Source: Squalus acanthias (lineage: Eukaryota). Taken from it: a stretch of 64,000 nt of DNA. Made by a program: the position numbers and the translations under genes. The notes under the pieces were generated by a model. It was not told where the DNA came from, did not search any database, and saw only the letters and a list, made by a program, of their open reading frames with translations. Every line of letters starts with the position of its first letter. Position 1 is the first letter of the stretch. The stretch spans positions 113,834,001-113,898,000 of the forward strand of contig CM059431.1 in the NCBI GenBank assembly GCA_030390025.1, read 5' to 3'. Of the stretch, positions 37,884 through 49,862 are shown piece after piece.

Positions 37884-38000
37884 GGGGGTGAACTTCCTCA
37901 CAGCTTCTCCCATTGCAGCCTTGTAACTTCGGCTTGTAAACGGGGTTTCCATCGAAGTTAAGGTGGAGGAACGGGAGGCACTCCAAGGATATTCACCCCC
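37884..38000. mobile_element. 117-bp hairpin mini-MITE
   Basis: TIRs GGGGGTGAACTTCCT / AGGATATTCACCCCC; TSD TAT; inner arms TAACTTCG / CGAAGTTA. Confidence 0.8.
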
Positions 38001-39174
38001 TATGTCTTCTTCCTTTCTTTCCCATGGAGAGCAGGAGCCAGACTCAGTGCTCTGACTGCCATTGAAGTGATTTCATCTTTCCTTGCATATGAAGTAGGGA
38101 ACAGAAGAAGTGAGGAATCCATGAAGAGTGCAGTGATAGCTAACTGCCTAATCTTGCTGAATGCTGTACTCCAATCTGATAATGTCGTTGTGCAGATGAT
38201 ATAATGCATTCTGCATAGTAAATACTCAATGGACTAAGGCTTGGGAACATTAATTAACTCTGGTTGTCTCTGTGTTTGGGGTGGGTGAGATGATTTTCCA
38301 GCTCCTAGCCACTTGAGCTAATGTACAATAACATCTCATACTGGTTACTTACCTGATGCCCAGCATCTTTTGAGAGATGTTCATGTTTAGTTCTGCCCCT
38401 CACTTCACATGGCTCACTTCCTCATTTGTCAGATGGAGATTTGTCCTGTTGCCTGGCTCCAAAGTAGTCACATATTCTGTGCCCTCATCTCCCTGGAGTC
38501 TTATTTCTGTTCCTTCTTGGAAAGAGCTATTGGTAACTAGTCATATCTTTTTGCATGTGAATGATTCATCTGTAGAAATATGAAGGAAGAAATTATGAAA
38601 AGTATCAAATGAAGATGTGTACGTTCACCAAAAAATAGTGCTTCAGGCTTTAATTTTAAAGTTATACGAACATACAAAAATGCCCCACGCCACAATGGCT
38701 GGACCATCATGGCTAAACACTTCTTCCCTTCCCCGACACCCCCAGCCAAACCACCCCTGGCGTATTAAGAGAAAAGATTATTCTTTATATACTCTCTATG
38801 AATATCTGCTTATCAATATCTAGTTATCTAATATTACATGTAGTTGAAAACTTTATGTAATGGTGACAGAATAATAGCTATGTATCTGTAGTAAATAAAC
38901 TTATCAGCATCTGAGGACCTTGTTCCTTGGATCTTCTCCTTCTCAAGTTTTTGACAATGATGGCCAGCCCTCTTTTCAACTGGAGCAAGGTGTTTTTTGG
39001 GTGATCCAAGATATTTTTATGGCCTTCCTTGTAAATTGTGGCAAAGGCATTTAACATCCACCTGATGCTGTGTCTTTATCTGGAATGCCCTTGATGCCTT
39101 CTTCTGTTTAAGTATTGGTTCATTCGATGAGTTGACAAAGATGCAGGAAGCCATTTACAGTTGTTAAGGGAGTA

Positions 39175-39822
39175 TTACATAGAACTACATAGCATGTACA
39201 GCACAGAAACAGGCCATTCGCCCCAACTGGTTCATGCTGGTGTTTATGATCCACACGAGCCTCCTCCCACCCCTCTTCATCTAACACTATCAGCATAACC
39301 TTCTATTCCTTCTCCCATGTCAGCCGTGGCTCACTTGGTAGTGCTGTTGCCTCTGAGTCAGAAGGTTGTGAGTTCAAGTCCCACTTCAGAGACTTGAGCA
39401 CAAAATCTAGGCTGACACTCCAGTGCAGTGCTGAGGGAGTGCTGCACTGTTGGAGGTGCCGTCTTTCAGATGAGACGTTAAATCGAGACCTTGTCTGCTC
39501 TCTCAGGTGGACGTAAAAGATCCATGACACTATTTCGAAGAAGAGCAGGGGAGTTATCCCCAGTCTCCTGGCCAATATTTATCCCTCAATCAACATCACT
39601 AAAACAGATTATCTGGTCATTATCACATTGCTGTTTGTGGGAGCTTGCTGAGTGCAAATTGGCTGCTGCGTTTCCTACAGTGACTACACTTCAAACAGTA
39701 CTTCATTGGCTGCAAAGCGCTTTGGGACGTCCTGAGGTTGTGAAAGGCGCTATATAAATGCAAGTCTTTCTTTCTTTCCCTCGTGTTTATCTAGCTTCCC
39801 CTTAAATGCATCTATGCTATGA
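39175..39822 (-). mobile_element. CR1 3' end split by a SINE
   Basis: CAGAAACAGGCCATTCG...CAGCATAACCTTCTATTCC, resuming after the SINE as TATCTAGCTTCCCCTTAAATGCATCTATGCTAT. Confidence 0.8.
39318..39776 (+). mobile_element. tRNA-derived DeuSINE (SacSINE1-like), full length
   Basis: A box TGGCTCACTTGG, B box GAGTTCAAGTCC, Deu core, tail ATAAATGCAAG(TCTT)n. Confidence 0.88.
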
Positions 39823-41029
39823 GTATATCAGCATAATTTAATTCACCACTGCCTTAAATCACCACCAGTCATAGCTTATCAAGAAGGGAATTGGGATAAT
39901 GTTGTACTAACAGCATACTGTTAAATATCCACTATTTGCATTTAGCTACCACCAAAAGTGCCATGAGTTAGCTTCAGAGAACATTCCCACCAACAATGGC
40001 TATCAGTAGCCCAAGTGGTTCAATAACTGCGCCATTCCAACAGTATACAGTAATTGAACTTCCGCACACTTTGCGGCTCAGTGACTCCATCAAACCAATG
40101 CCACTGCAGATGTACACAAAAAAAGAACAGAACAAAACAAAATTAGGTTAAATCTAATCAATATGATTCGTAATAATTTGATTGTAAAAGCTCTGTTGAT
40201 TGTGAAACTCTTACTTTAAAGAAACAAATGACAAATATGGCTCAATTTTTTTTCCATGTATTTTTTGAGGGGTAAACAATATTAAGTGGCAAATGTAAGT
40301 TTGTAAGCTTATCACATGGGCTAATTAAAAGACTTCAGCACAATAAACTCCCACATCTATTTTCAGCTGAGCCTGCTATGAAGTCAAAGACAGAAGATTG
40401 TAAAAACTGGATCAGCTGGATAGTTTAGTGCTACACTGGATAGTATTTTTACCCACTAGGCCATCAGGGGAGCTCTCGAACAATTTACACTGTGTTTGGA
40501 ACACCGATACAATGTGCAGTGAATGGCGAGAGGTGGGTTTGTCCCCATGATCCTCTATAGAGTCATGTTGCTGAGGGGAAACTGCTGATTGGAGCAACAG
40601 CAAGAAACAGTTGTCTTCAGCCACCCTCATGTACTTCTATTTCATTAAAAGAGCAAACCAAGCACTAGGGTTTATTTCTAGAGGGATAGAATTGAAAAGT
40701 AGGGAAGTTATGCTAAACTTGTATTGAACCCTGGTTAGACCACACTTGGAGTACTGCGTACAGTCCTGGTCACCATATTATAAAAAGGATATAGAGGCAC
40801 TGGAGAGGGTGCAGAGAAGATTTACAAGGATGATACCAGAAATGCAAGGGTATACCTATCAGGAAAGGATGAACAGGCTGGGTCTCTTTTCTCTTGAAAA
40901 AAGAAGGCTGAGGGATGACCTAATAGAGGTCTTTAAAATTATGAAAGGTTTTGATAGAGTAGATACAGAGAGAGAGTGTTTCCACTTGTGGGGAAGAGCA
41001 TAACTAGAGGCCATCAATATAAGATAGTC

Positions 41030-41838
41030 GATAGCAAAATACTGCGGATGCTGGAAAATTGAAACAACAACAGAAAACGCTGGAAAAACTCAGCAGGCCA
41101 GGCAACATCCGTGGAGAGAGAAACAGAGTTAACGTTTCAGGTCGAAACCCTTCGTCAGAACTGAGAAAAAAGCAGGAAATGAAACAGATAAAAAAGCAAG
41201 GGGGAGGTTGGGGGGAGGAATAACTATGGTAAGTAGAGACATTAAGAGATGCTCAAGGCAAGACGAGATGGTAATGGGACAGGTTAAGAAACAAAAGGTG
41301 GCTAGAAGTGTGAAGTGTGAAATGCTGGCAAAATGAGAGACAGCTGCCGTAGGGGGAGAGAGAGAAAAAAAAGGAAAAAGGCACGAACCAAAAGGGTGGA
41401 TAAAATGTATATATATGTGGTAGGGGCCGAGGTTATGATCTGAAATTGTTGAACTCGATATTGAGTCCGGAAGGCTGTACAGTGCCTAAACGAAAGATGA
41501 GGTGCTGTTCCTTGAGCTTACGCTGAGCTTCCGTGGAACAATGCACGAGGCCGAGGACGGTGAGGTCTGAGTGGGCATGGAGCGGTGAATTAAAATGACA
41601 AGCGACCGGAAGCTCGGGGTCACCCTTACGGACTGAACGGAAGTGTTCCGCAAAGCGGTCACCCAATCTGCGTTTGGTCTCCCCAATGTAGAGGAGACCG
41701 CATCGTGAGCAGCGAATACAGTATACTAGATTGCAAGAAGTACAAGTAAATCGCTGTTTCACCTGGAAGGGGTGTTTGGGGCCCTGGAGAGTGTGAAGGG
41801 AGATGTATAAGGGCAGGTGTTGCATCTCCTGCGCTTGC
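41030..41838 (-). mobile_element. 5'-truncated PLE with intact GIY-YIG frame
   Basis: RFTCTSCNLVYCIRCSRCGLLYIGETKRRLGDRFAEH...SGLNIEFNNFRS* (stop at 41433); 6-bp TSD ATAGTC at 41024-41029 and 41839-41844. Confidence 0.92.
41127..41162 (-). ncRNA. Minimal type-I hammerhead ribozyme motif
   Basis: AGUU-CUGACGA-A-GGGU(UUCG)ACCU-GAAA-CGUU-AACU: intact core, stem II capped by UUCG, 4-bp stem I. Confidence 0.85.
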
Positions 41839-43028
41839 ATAGTCACCAAGAAATCAAATAGGGAATTCGGAAGAAACTTCTTTACCCAGAGAGTGGTGAG
41901 AATGTGGAACTCACTACCACAGGGAGTGGTTGAAGTGAATAGTATAGATGCATTTATTGGGAAACTAGACAAGCATATGAGGGAGAAGGGAATAGAGGGT
42001 TATGCTGATAGAGTTAGATGAGGAAAGACGAGAGGAGGCTCATGTGGAGCATAAACGTCGGCATGGACTGATTGGGCCGAATGGCCTGTTTCTGTGCCAT
42101 ATATCCTATGTAATTCTTAGTGGCCAATTTCATGGCAACAATGGGAAATACTTGCAGCCAGCTCCCTTGTCCACTTTCTCGGCCTGAAAAGGTATTTCAT
42201 AATGGAAGACTGAGAAGAAGGGAGGGAGAAAAATACTTTCAAATGAATGATTCCCATGCTCAGCAGTAAAAGAGTTATTTATACTAGCAACAGGTAGCTA
42301 GCAGGTGCTTTTATTATTTATATTGTAGATCTGCACTGTTCTTGTGCAGTGAAACATTGTGTGATACGTTTTCTATAAGTAGAATACATAGAATCCATTA
42401 TCCACTGGCCAAGTTATGTCTGACTATGGGGGATCAAGTATTTCTTCTTACAGCTCCTAGTAGTGGGGGAATTATGTCTAAACTTGGTCAGTCAGTGATG
42501 TTGAGAATGTTTACTCTCACTTATACATCGGTCATAGATTTTTTGGTAAAGCAAGAGTGGAGTTTGCCTTTTATACAGTATACACAGCAGAAAAAAGAGT
42601 GAAACACATTGAACTTTGAACTTATGAATATTGGGGCACATGGCCAACAGGTTCAGTTCAAAAGTCAACACTTCCCCAACCCTTCTAGGTATCAACATAT
42701 CCCTGGATTTTTGTAATGTAGTGTGCACACTGAAAGTCATAGAGGAAAGGGTAATTATCTCATAATAGCTCTGCTAATCTTTACCCCCCTAAAAAGCAAC
42801 ACATCCCAATATATAGGAAAAGGTTTCACTTTCATAATCACACAAACCCTTTCTTCAGCTGTCAAAAGGAAAAAAAGATATACTGCTAATGGACAACTAG
42901 ATAAATAAACAGCCAGGACTGAATTGGTTCCAAACACTACCGAGATGGTACATTCTGGTATTCTTTTCTGTACTGGTCTGGTATTGGTGGTATTCACAAA
43001 AAGCTTAAAACAGGGAAATAATAAGGGA

Positions 43029-43125
43029 TAACAACAGAAAATGCTGGAAACACTCAGCAGGCCAGGCAGCAACCGTGGAGAGAGAAACAGAGTTAACGTT
43101 TCAGGTCTGGGACCCTTTTGCTATT
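43029..43125. mobile_element. 97-bp PLE terminal fragment with internal inversion
   Basis: 14-bp TSD GAAATAATAAGGGA (43015-43028, 43126-43139); body on - while the terminus TTTTGCTATT is on +. Confidence 0.82.
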
Positions 43126-43828
43126 GAAATAATAAGGGAGTTAAACCCAGCCAGATCAACTCTTGACTGGTCCAACAATTGTCTGCACTTGAGACTCTAG
43201 TGCTGGTACCTGTGGTAGAATGTATAGCTTTTGTTAGTAGTTTCTCTTTGCTGGTCATATCCATTAGATATTATTATGGCTGCAGATTTTGTAAGAACAT
43301 AAGAATTTTCAGGAAAGGAAATGACTGTTTGGCCCAACAAGCCTGACCCTTTTGATAGATCTCAAAACAACCAACCCACCTTTTCACCATAGCCTACAGT
43401 CCCTTCTTTCTTCAGAAACACATCTTCAGTGGCCTTGCCTTGCAACATATTCACACGTCTAGTGTCCTTTGTGTAAAAAAAAGTCCCATTTGACTTCCCT
43501 TCTCAGTCTGAACTTCCCAATTTTCAACGTGTCCCGACTCCCCATCACTAGCACGAACCCTTCATCATAGTGAGCAATTTATCAGTTTGTTTTGTCAAAT
43601 TTCTTCAGAATTTTGAAAACTCCAGAATCTAAACTTCAAAGTAAAACTTCAAAAAGAAAATGCATCACATATTTTTAAACCTTGCTTTTAATTTATTGAA
43701 AGTCAATTGTATGTTAATGCCTAGGAATAAAAGTTTGCTGAGTTATACTTTTTAGGTGGAACAATTAAATAAAAGATGAATTAATTAATTATTCTGAACA
43801 CAATGCATTCCCTGCAAACAAACACATA

Positions 43829-44491
43829 GGCCGGAATTTTTACTTTCGGACCCGTCGGGCTTTCCCCACATGCTGTGGAGTTTTAACATGCATGGGACGT
43901 CACAGACAGGCTCCCTGCCCGGCAGTCAGCCTCATTGTCAGGCTGGCTTTCAGTTGGGCAGGGAACGCTGGAAAATAGGCCGCAACCCCAGGTAGGTGTG
44001 AACCCTGACCCTGGGAGGATGGGATCCGATCCCGGGGCGTCCAATCCCCAACCCCGGGGGATGGTTCAATCCCTGATCCCGGGGGGTGGGGTGGGGGTGG
44101 TTTGTATAGGGGTGCTGATGGTGGGGGAGCTTGGGGGGCCAGGAGGAAACATTCCTGCTCCATTTGGCCCACAAGTATTGCTCATCGAGGCTGTCCTCGC
44201 CTCACTGCAGCTGCTGGGAGTCCCGAGGCCCAGGAACCCCAACCGGCCACAGTTAAACCTGCAAAGCTGGTTAAATCCGAGGCTTCCAGTCTCATTACCA
44301 TATTTAAAGTGCCAACCCGTCTCCTGGGAGCGGGTTGGCTGCCCGCTCACCGTCCTGCCTCTGAAAAAAACGGAAGTGGGCGGGTTGGAAGCGGTTTGGG
44401 GTTGGGATTCAGATTTTTAACACTTTAACCTCCCACCCAATCTCAACGCCATCCCCCCCCCCCCCCGGTTTTTGGGGTTAAAATTCCCCCC
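43829..44491. mobile_element. Harbinger-type MITE I
   Basis: GGCCGGAATTTTA / TAAAATTCCCCCC; TSD ATA. Confidence 0.88.
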
Positions 44492-46260
44492 ATAGTATCA
44501 CTATGGGACTACATCTGGGAACAGCTGTTAAAACTAATATCGAAGTGCATGAAGCAGGACAGAGCTAAAAATATCCTGACCGAGCTGCAACTGCCTCAGC
44601 AGAAAGTAAACATTCTGAAGCGAGATAAAAGAGAGTCTGTAAGATGCAGTGAGACCTTCACAGAAACTGTACGAACAACAACGTGAACCCAACTCTCTCC
44701 AGAGGGTGCACATTTCTCTAGGTGGGATAGAGTTGGGCATATAGTCAAGACAACTGGGTAATCAAAAGATCAGTAAATGAATATATACATGATGAACAGC
44801 GCTGTCTGAGCTTTACATATTTTGCATTTTGAAAAAGTCACAGTAAGTTCACAAAACATTACTCTGGATTGAACCTGAGATATTCCTGGTTTGGTCAGTT
44901 CCATACGTTTATCAATTTGAGCATGTTGGGCAGCTGTGTATAGGTTTAAATCTGAAATAAGATACCAAGTGCATTATAAAGCTGTCATACGAAACAAAAT
45001 AAAAGTCACGGTAGGGTAGCCCACAGTTTACAGCATCAACTGAAGAGCGAGATTATATTGCCTGGAACTCCCCTGCCAAAATATAACATATTTCTTCATG
45101 AAAACTGCTCACTTCTAGCCATTTAGCAAACCCTTGTTATATCAACAAACTGTAACTATTGATCCCATGACATTGTTTAAAGTTAGCAAGTGCAGATGAA
45201 GAGTCACACAGTAAAATGGAACCATCAGAAGACTGTTGTTTCAGTTCTGTCACCGGTTTGCTCACCATTGTGTCTATCGTATTGAACTGAAACAACTAGC
45301 AGTAGGCTTTTCTCTACTTGAAAGAATGTTTAATTGTCACTTTTAATCACATTATGAAAATAGATTTTTTTTTATTTATGGTAATATGTAAAGGAGACAA
45401 GCAAGGGCCATCATGAAAATTTAATGATTCAGCTGTTCTGTCTGAAATATATTATCCCAGTACAATCTCATAAGCAATCTGGTACAAAATGGGAGCCTAT
45501 AGGAGTTGCAATATATCCAGCATAAAAGTGAACCGTTGACAATCTAGATCTTGCTGTTCTTTGCTAAAGATTTAGTTAATTGCCATCTAAATTACTGAGG
45601 GTAAACACTTTTAATTTGAAAAAACGTTTTATATCGCTGATTAACATTATGGTCAATGATGTGCAATCCCGAATTTACATCTTGTTAAATTTGTCTCTTG
45701 CTAATCTACATAGAATGCTTCATCAATGATAGACTTTCACTTTCATTTTTCCAGTCAACTCACGGGAGCATCAAGTGGCAACGTTCACACAGAGCATAGA
45801 TGAAACATTATTCTGGCGTCAATTTTTAAGGTGTACTTTTTAAGATTTTGAATCTCTCTAACACCGAGTTTTAATACGAGATTCGTAAAAGTGCCAGAGT
45901 GTTATTCGTGTGCTGCTAGGTTGGGGATTGGATTTGATATCATTTATATAAGTTTGACATTAGTTCATCTAGTATAAAATGCTACTTATCTATTTAAAAA
46001 TGTATTTAAAAAATCACTACACATTTGCTACAAATTATTACAAAGTAGTTTTAAAGCCAAAAACTGAAATGTGGCCTCATTTTATTTAGTCGATTTTTAA
46101 AATTTAAATAGCGTAAGCATCTTTGGGACAGTTTCTGGGAAAAATTACGTTCAAAATTCAAACAGAAGTCCAAGAAAGCCATTCCAACCACTCCATGATG
46201 CCACATGTTCACATCTAATTAGTCTAGACAGTATCGTTAATCAAAAGCTAATAACACTCA

Positions 46261-47105
46261 GGGCTGGATTTTGCCAATGGGGAGCTTTTGGAGGCGGGAC
46301 TCCCACTTGTCGGGTTTCAGTCCCGCCGCCATCAACTTCTGGCTAACCCACGCTATTTTCCCTTGATTGACCTTGTTAAGCCCGTCCAGCGGGCTTAGCA
46401 GGCCTATTAAGGGAAAGCCGATTACAGAGAACGCCAACGTATGACGTTTCATCTGTCAAAAATTTTTGACAGATGAATTGTCATCGTTTGACAGCTCTGT
46501 GAAGCTGTCAAACACTGACATTCTCTGTAGTTTGATGAGTTCTTAAATTCAAGACCTCAACAAACCTCTTTCTTTTGCAGAAATTAGATGGTTGCTGCAT
46601 TGGAGAATGCAACGGCCATCTATCATCTCTACCGCGGAGGTGCGAGACTCTCCGCATCCCCAACGATTAAAGCCAGCAGGAAGAAACAAAGGTAAGTACA
46701 CTTTTTCTAACACTTTGCACTTACCTCAGATACTCACCTCTCCACACATGCACCCATCACTTACCTTCACAGCGCACTTTGGCACCCCTCCGACCCCCTC
46801 CGACCCACTACTCGCCTCGGTGACCCTGGCGGGTTTCGGAGCCTTCGGGAAGCCCGCACTAGTGTGGGCAAAATGGGGATAATCCTATTTTCTGCCTGTT
46901 AACTGCCTGTTAACAGGCAGTTAAGTGGCTGTACTCCCTTCCCGCCTCCAAGGAGACAGGACCCAATGCGGGACGGCTACCCGCCTCCTGGCAAGATGGC
47001 ATAGAGGCGGGTTGGGGCGGGTTGGGCACCCGCCCCCAAATTCTGCCATTTTCCCAGCAGTGCTGCCTCCAAAACCGCCTCCCCAGGGCTGGCAAAATCC
47101 AGCCC
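46261..47105. mobile_element. Harbinger-type MITE G
   Basis: Perfect 16-bp TIRs GGGCTGGATTTTGCCA / TGGCAAAATCCAGCCC; flanks TCA/TAA. Confidence 0.92.
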
Positions 47106-47247
47106 TAAAATTCTTGACATAATTATTCTCGTAATAATTATTATTATTAATATCAAAATAATTGATACGTAAACAAAGATGTTTCGGTTAAACATTCAAA
47201 ATCCTCTCCTGAATTATCTAATCTCAGTCTAGGTGATGGTGAGAATA

Positions 47248-47545
47248 TTTTTTATTCTCAGGATATGGGCAATACCAGCAAGGCAGCCTTTATTGCCCAT
47301 CCCAAGCTGCCCTGAGGGCATTAAGAGTCAGCTATGTAGCATGGGACTAGAGTCACATGGAGGTCAGACTAGGTAGTGGTGGTAGGTTTCCTTCCCTGAA
47401 GTATATCAGGCAACAAGCCGACAACTTCCATGGTCATTTCTCTATTGGTAGTCCACAAAATACCAGATCTATTGAGCTCAGTTTCATATATTGCCATGGT
47501 GGTATTTGAATGCAAAATCTCTGGATTGCTAGTCTAGCATCACAA
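47248..47545 (-). mobile_element. Decayed SINE-like element, same family as 55040-55402
   Basis: Reverse-complement similarity (GGGAAGGAAACCT, GGGATGGGCAATAAA, poly-A end). Confidence 0.6.
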
Positions 47546-49862
47546 CTGTTAGTCGATCATAATCTGACTGGTCTCACTGTCCTCAAACTAGGGAGGAGAA
47601 AAATCAAGAGTTCCAACTTCTGCTGGCTATCCAGCAACTCCTAATGCAAATGAGTACGTGCGTGTAGATTCCAGGCAAGGAGAAAACTAAGCTCAGCTGT
47701 AATCCCCACCGACAGTTGAATAGTTCTGCACTTGCTGTTCAGACTCAAGCATAAAAGATGCTTTTATATTTTCTACTTCTGGACCCACTAAGACTGGAGA
47801 TCAAAAGAACCTACCCCTCTTAGTCCTTGCGTTTTTGCATTTGTCTTGTGCAAGACCCACATTTTGGGAGCCCAGCAGCATGAGCACAGGCCTCATCCAA
47901 TATAAAAGCATCTAAAGACTACCACTGTCATCAATGGAACCATAGCTCAACATGGATAGGTTACCTTCGTCAAGAGAGATTGGATGACGAGAAAAGATTA
48001 GAGAAAAAAAAATAACACTTAATATTAGAAACAATTTGACCTGAATTCTTTAGATACTTACAAGAAGGGGAATTATTAATATATCAATTTTGTTTTCCTA
48101 TTAGTCATTAGATTTAAATTAAAACAAATTTTCTGGCAATAATTATGAGCCATCAGCAGGCGAATATAAATGTTAGATAGCCCTTTTTAAATTTTGCCTT
48201 TTAATCAAGCTACTAATCTTCTCACTAAGTAAGTGGTTAACCTTTAGAAAAGATTGCAGCTTCTTTTTCCCAATTCCAACAAGCAAATACACTTGAGACT
48301 GGTACCATTTCCTTCTCTGCACAGTTCCGGAAATAGCTTAAAGGTACATACTTGTAAACTTTGGCAAAGTGCTTTGAATCTATCTCTTGTGAGTAATCAC
48401 TTAGCCAACGGTTACAGCAAGGACTAACCAGTTCCTAATTTTTAATAACCCAAAAAGCCCTCAGAACTGGGAGAGTGGTAGATGTCTCCCCACCCCACCG
48501 CCCCCCCCACCTCCAACCCCCCCCAGCTCTGCATCTGCTTTTGCAATATGGTTGTAAAGAGGAAACTGTGGGGTCCACAGAGAGAGAAAATCAAAGATCT
48601 GATAATTAAATAAGCTTTCCAGAAGAGCGTGCTTATTATTATACGTAATTTGGCAACAGAAGTTCTGATATTAAGCAAAATATTGAAAGTGTTGATGGTG
48701 GTGGAGTGTTCTGGTGCTCACAACACATTGTGCTACAAAGTGCTATGATCCGGGAATGCACTCGTCATTACCCACATATTGCACTGCTGATCACTACCAT
48801 GCCGTTCTAAGATAGCTCAAGACAGAGGCCAAATGTCTTTTCAGAGGGATAGGACAGTCAAAGGTGCCTCAGCCCAACACATCACCAGGTGATCAGTTAC
48901 AGAATACTGCAAGAGTACGGCACAGCCCTCCTGAACCCAGTAAGGCCTAAAAGAAATTGGAAAAAAGTATTAAAATAATTAGCTAAAATTAATTAAATAA
49001 ATAGAGCATGACTGTAACAATTAAGACAAGTGAATCCCACCATTTGGATAATAGTGAGTCCCACCATTTGGAAAGAAAGGGAATTGAACTGAGCCAGAGG
49101 TATCCTCTCAACACTAATAATTTTTGAGTTAGTAAAATTGTAATTCTTTGTTTGTTTTAAAGTATTTATTTTTATTTAAACAGCGAGCAGGCAACACAGC
49201 ATCAGAGCAACTGGCTCCAAAGAGGTAAGTTGACGTCAATGGAGATCCAGTAATGAACTTGGGAACAGATTTCCTCTGGTTGCAATGTGTTACCAACATT
49301 GTAAGTGTAGCAGGAAGACTTTCTGGGCTGGATTTTGCCGGCACTCAGAGGGCGGGTTTGGAGACGGGTCAGAGGTTAAAATCTTTTTCATTGACAGCGG
49401 GTTGTGATCCCGCCGTCAACCCGCCTCCACGCTACTTTGCCAAGTGCCGGCTCTGGGAGTTCCGATCGGTCCCGCCACCAAGTGGCGGGAGAGGCACTTA
49501 AGGCAGTTAACAGCTTGTTAACTGCCTGGATAAGCCGATTTTAACAGGGTCTTGCAATTTTATAACATTTTCAGTGTGTTCCACGCCGTTCGCAAACCAC
49601 GCCAGCTGATTGTGTCGGATTCAGCATGTACCTGACTTCTTGAAAGCTGCATCTCCAGCATAAAGCGGAGCTCTAACATGGCTCACTTACAGATGACAGA
49701 ACTTTGTTTTTTCAGGTGTTGGAACACTTTTTGCAGGTCTACTGATCTTGTAAGTGGTGAAGCTGAGATCCATATGCACTGTGACCTCCTGGGAAAACCC
49801 TCTGGCCACATTGACTGAGCGCTTATAACTTCTAGTCCTCAACTGACATATATACCAGCAGC

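Larger units (their letters stand above)
40647..42115 (+). mobile_element. CR1 ORF2 C-terminus and 3' end, split by a PLE
   Basis: LEYCVQSWSPYYKKDIEALERVQRRFTRMIP...; resumes IVTKKSNREFGRNFFTQRVVRMWNSLP after the insertion. Confidence 0.92.

Noticed and set aside
39318..39395. tRNA gene
   Set aside because: tRNA-derived SINE head continuing into the Deu core; no complete cloverleaf is evident.
41433..41972. 179-aa GIY-YIG ORF as a standalone nuclease gene
   Set aside because: Its N-terminus is antisense CR1; the true PLE boundary is 41838, marked by the TSD.
49030..49073. Short direct repeat GTGA(A/G)TCCCACCATTTGGA
   Set aside because: Ordinary local duplication with no further structure.
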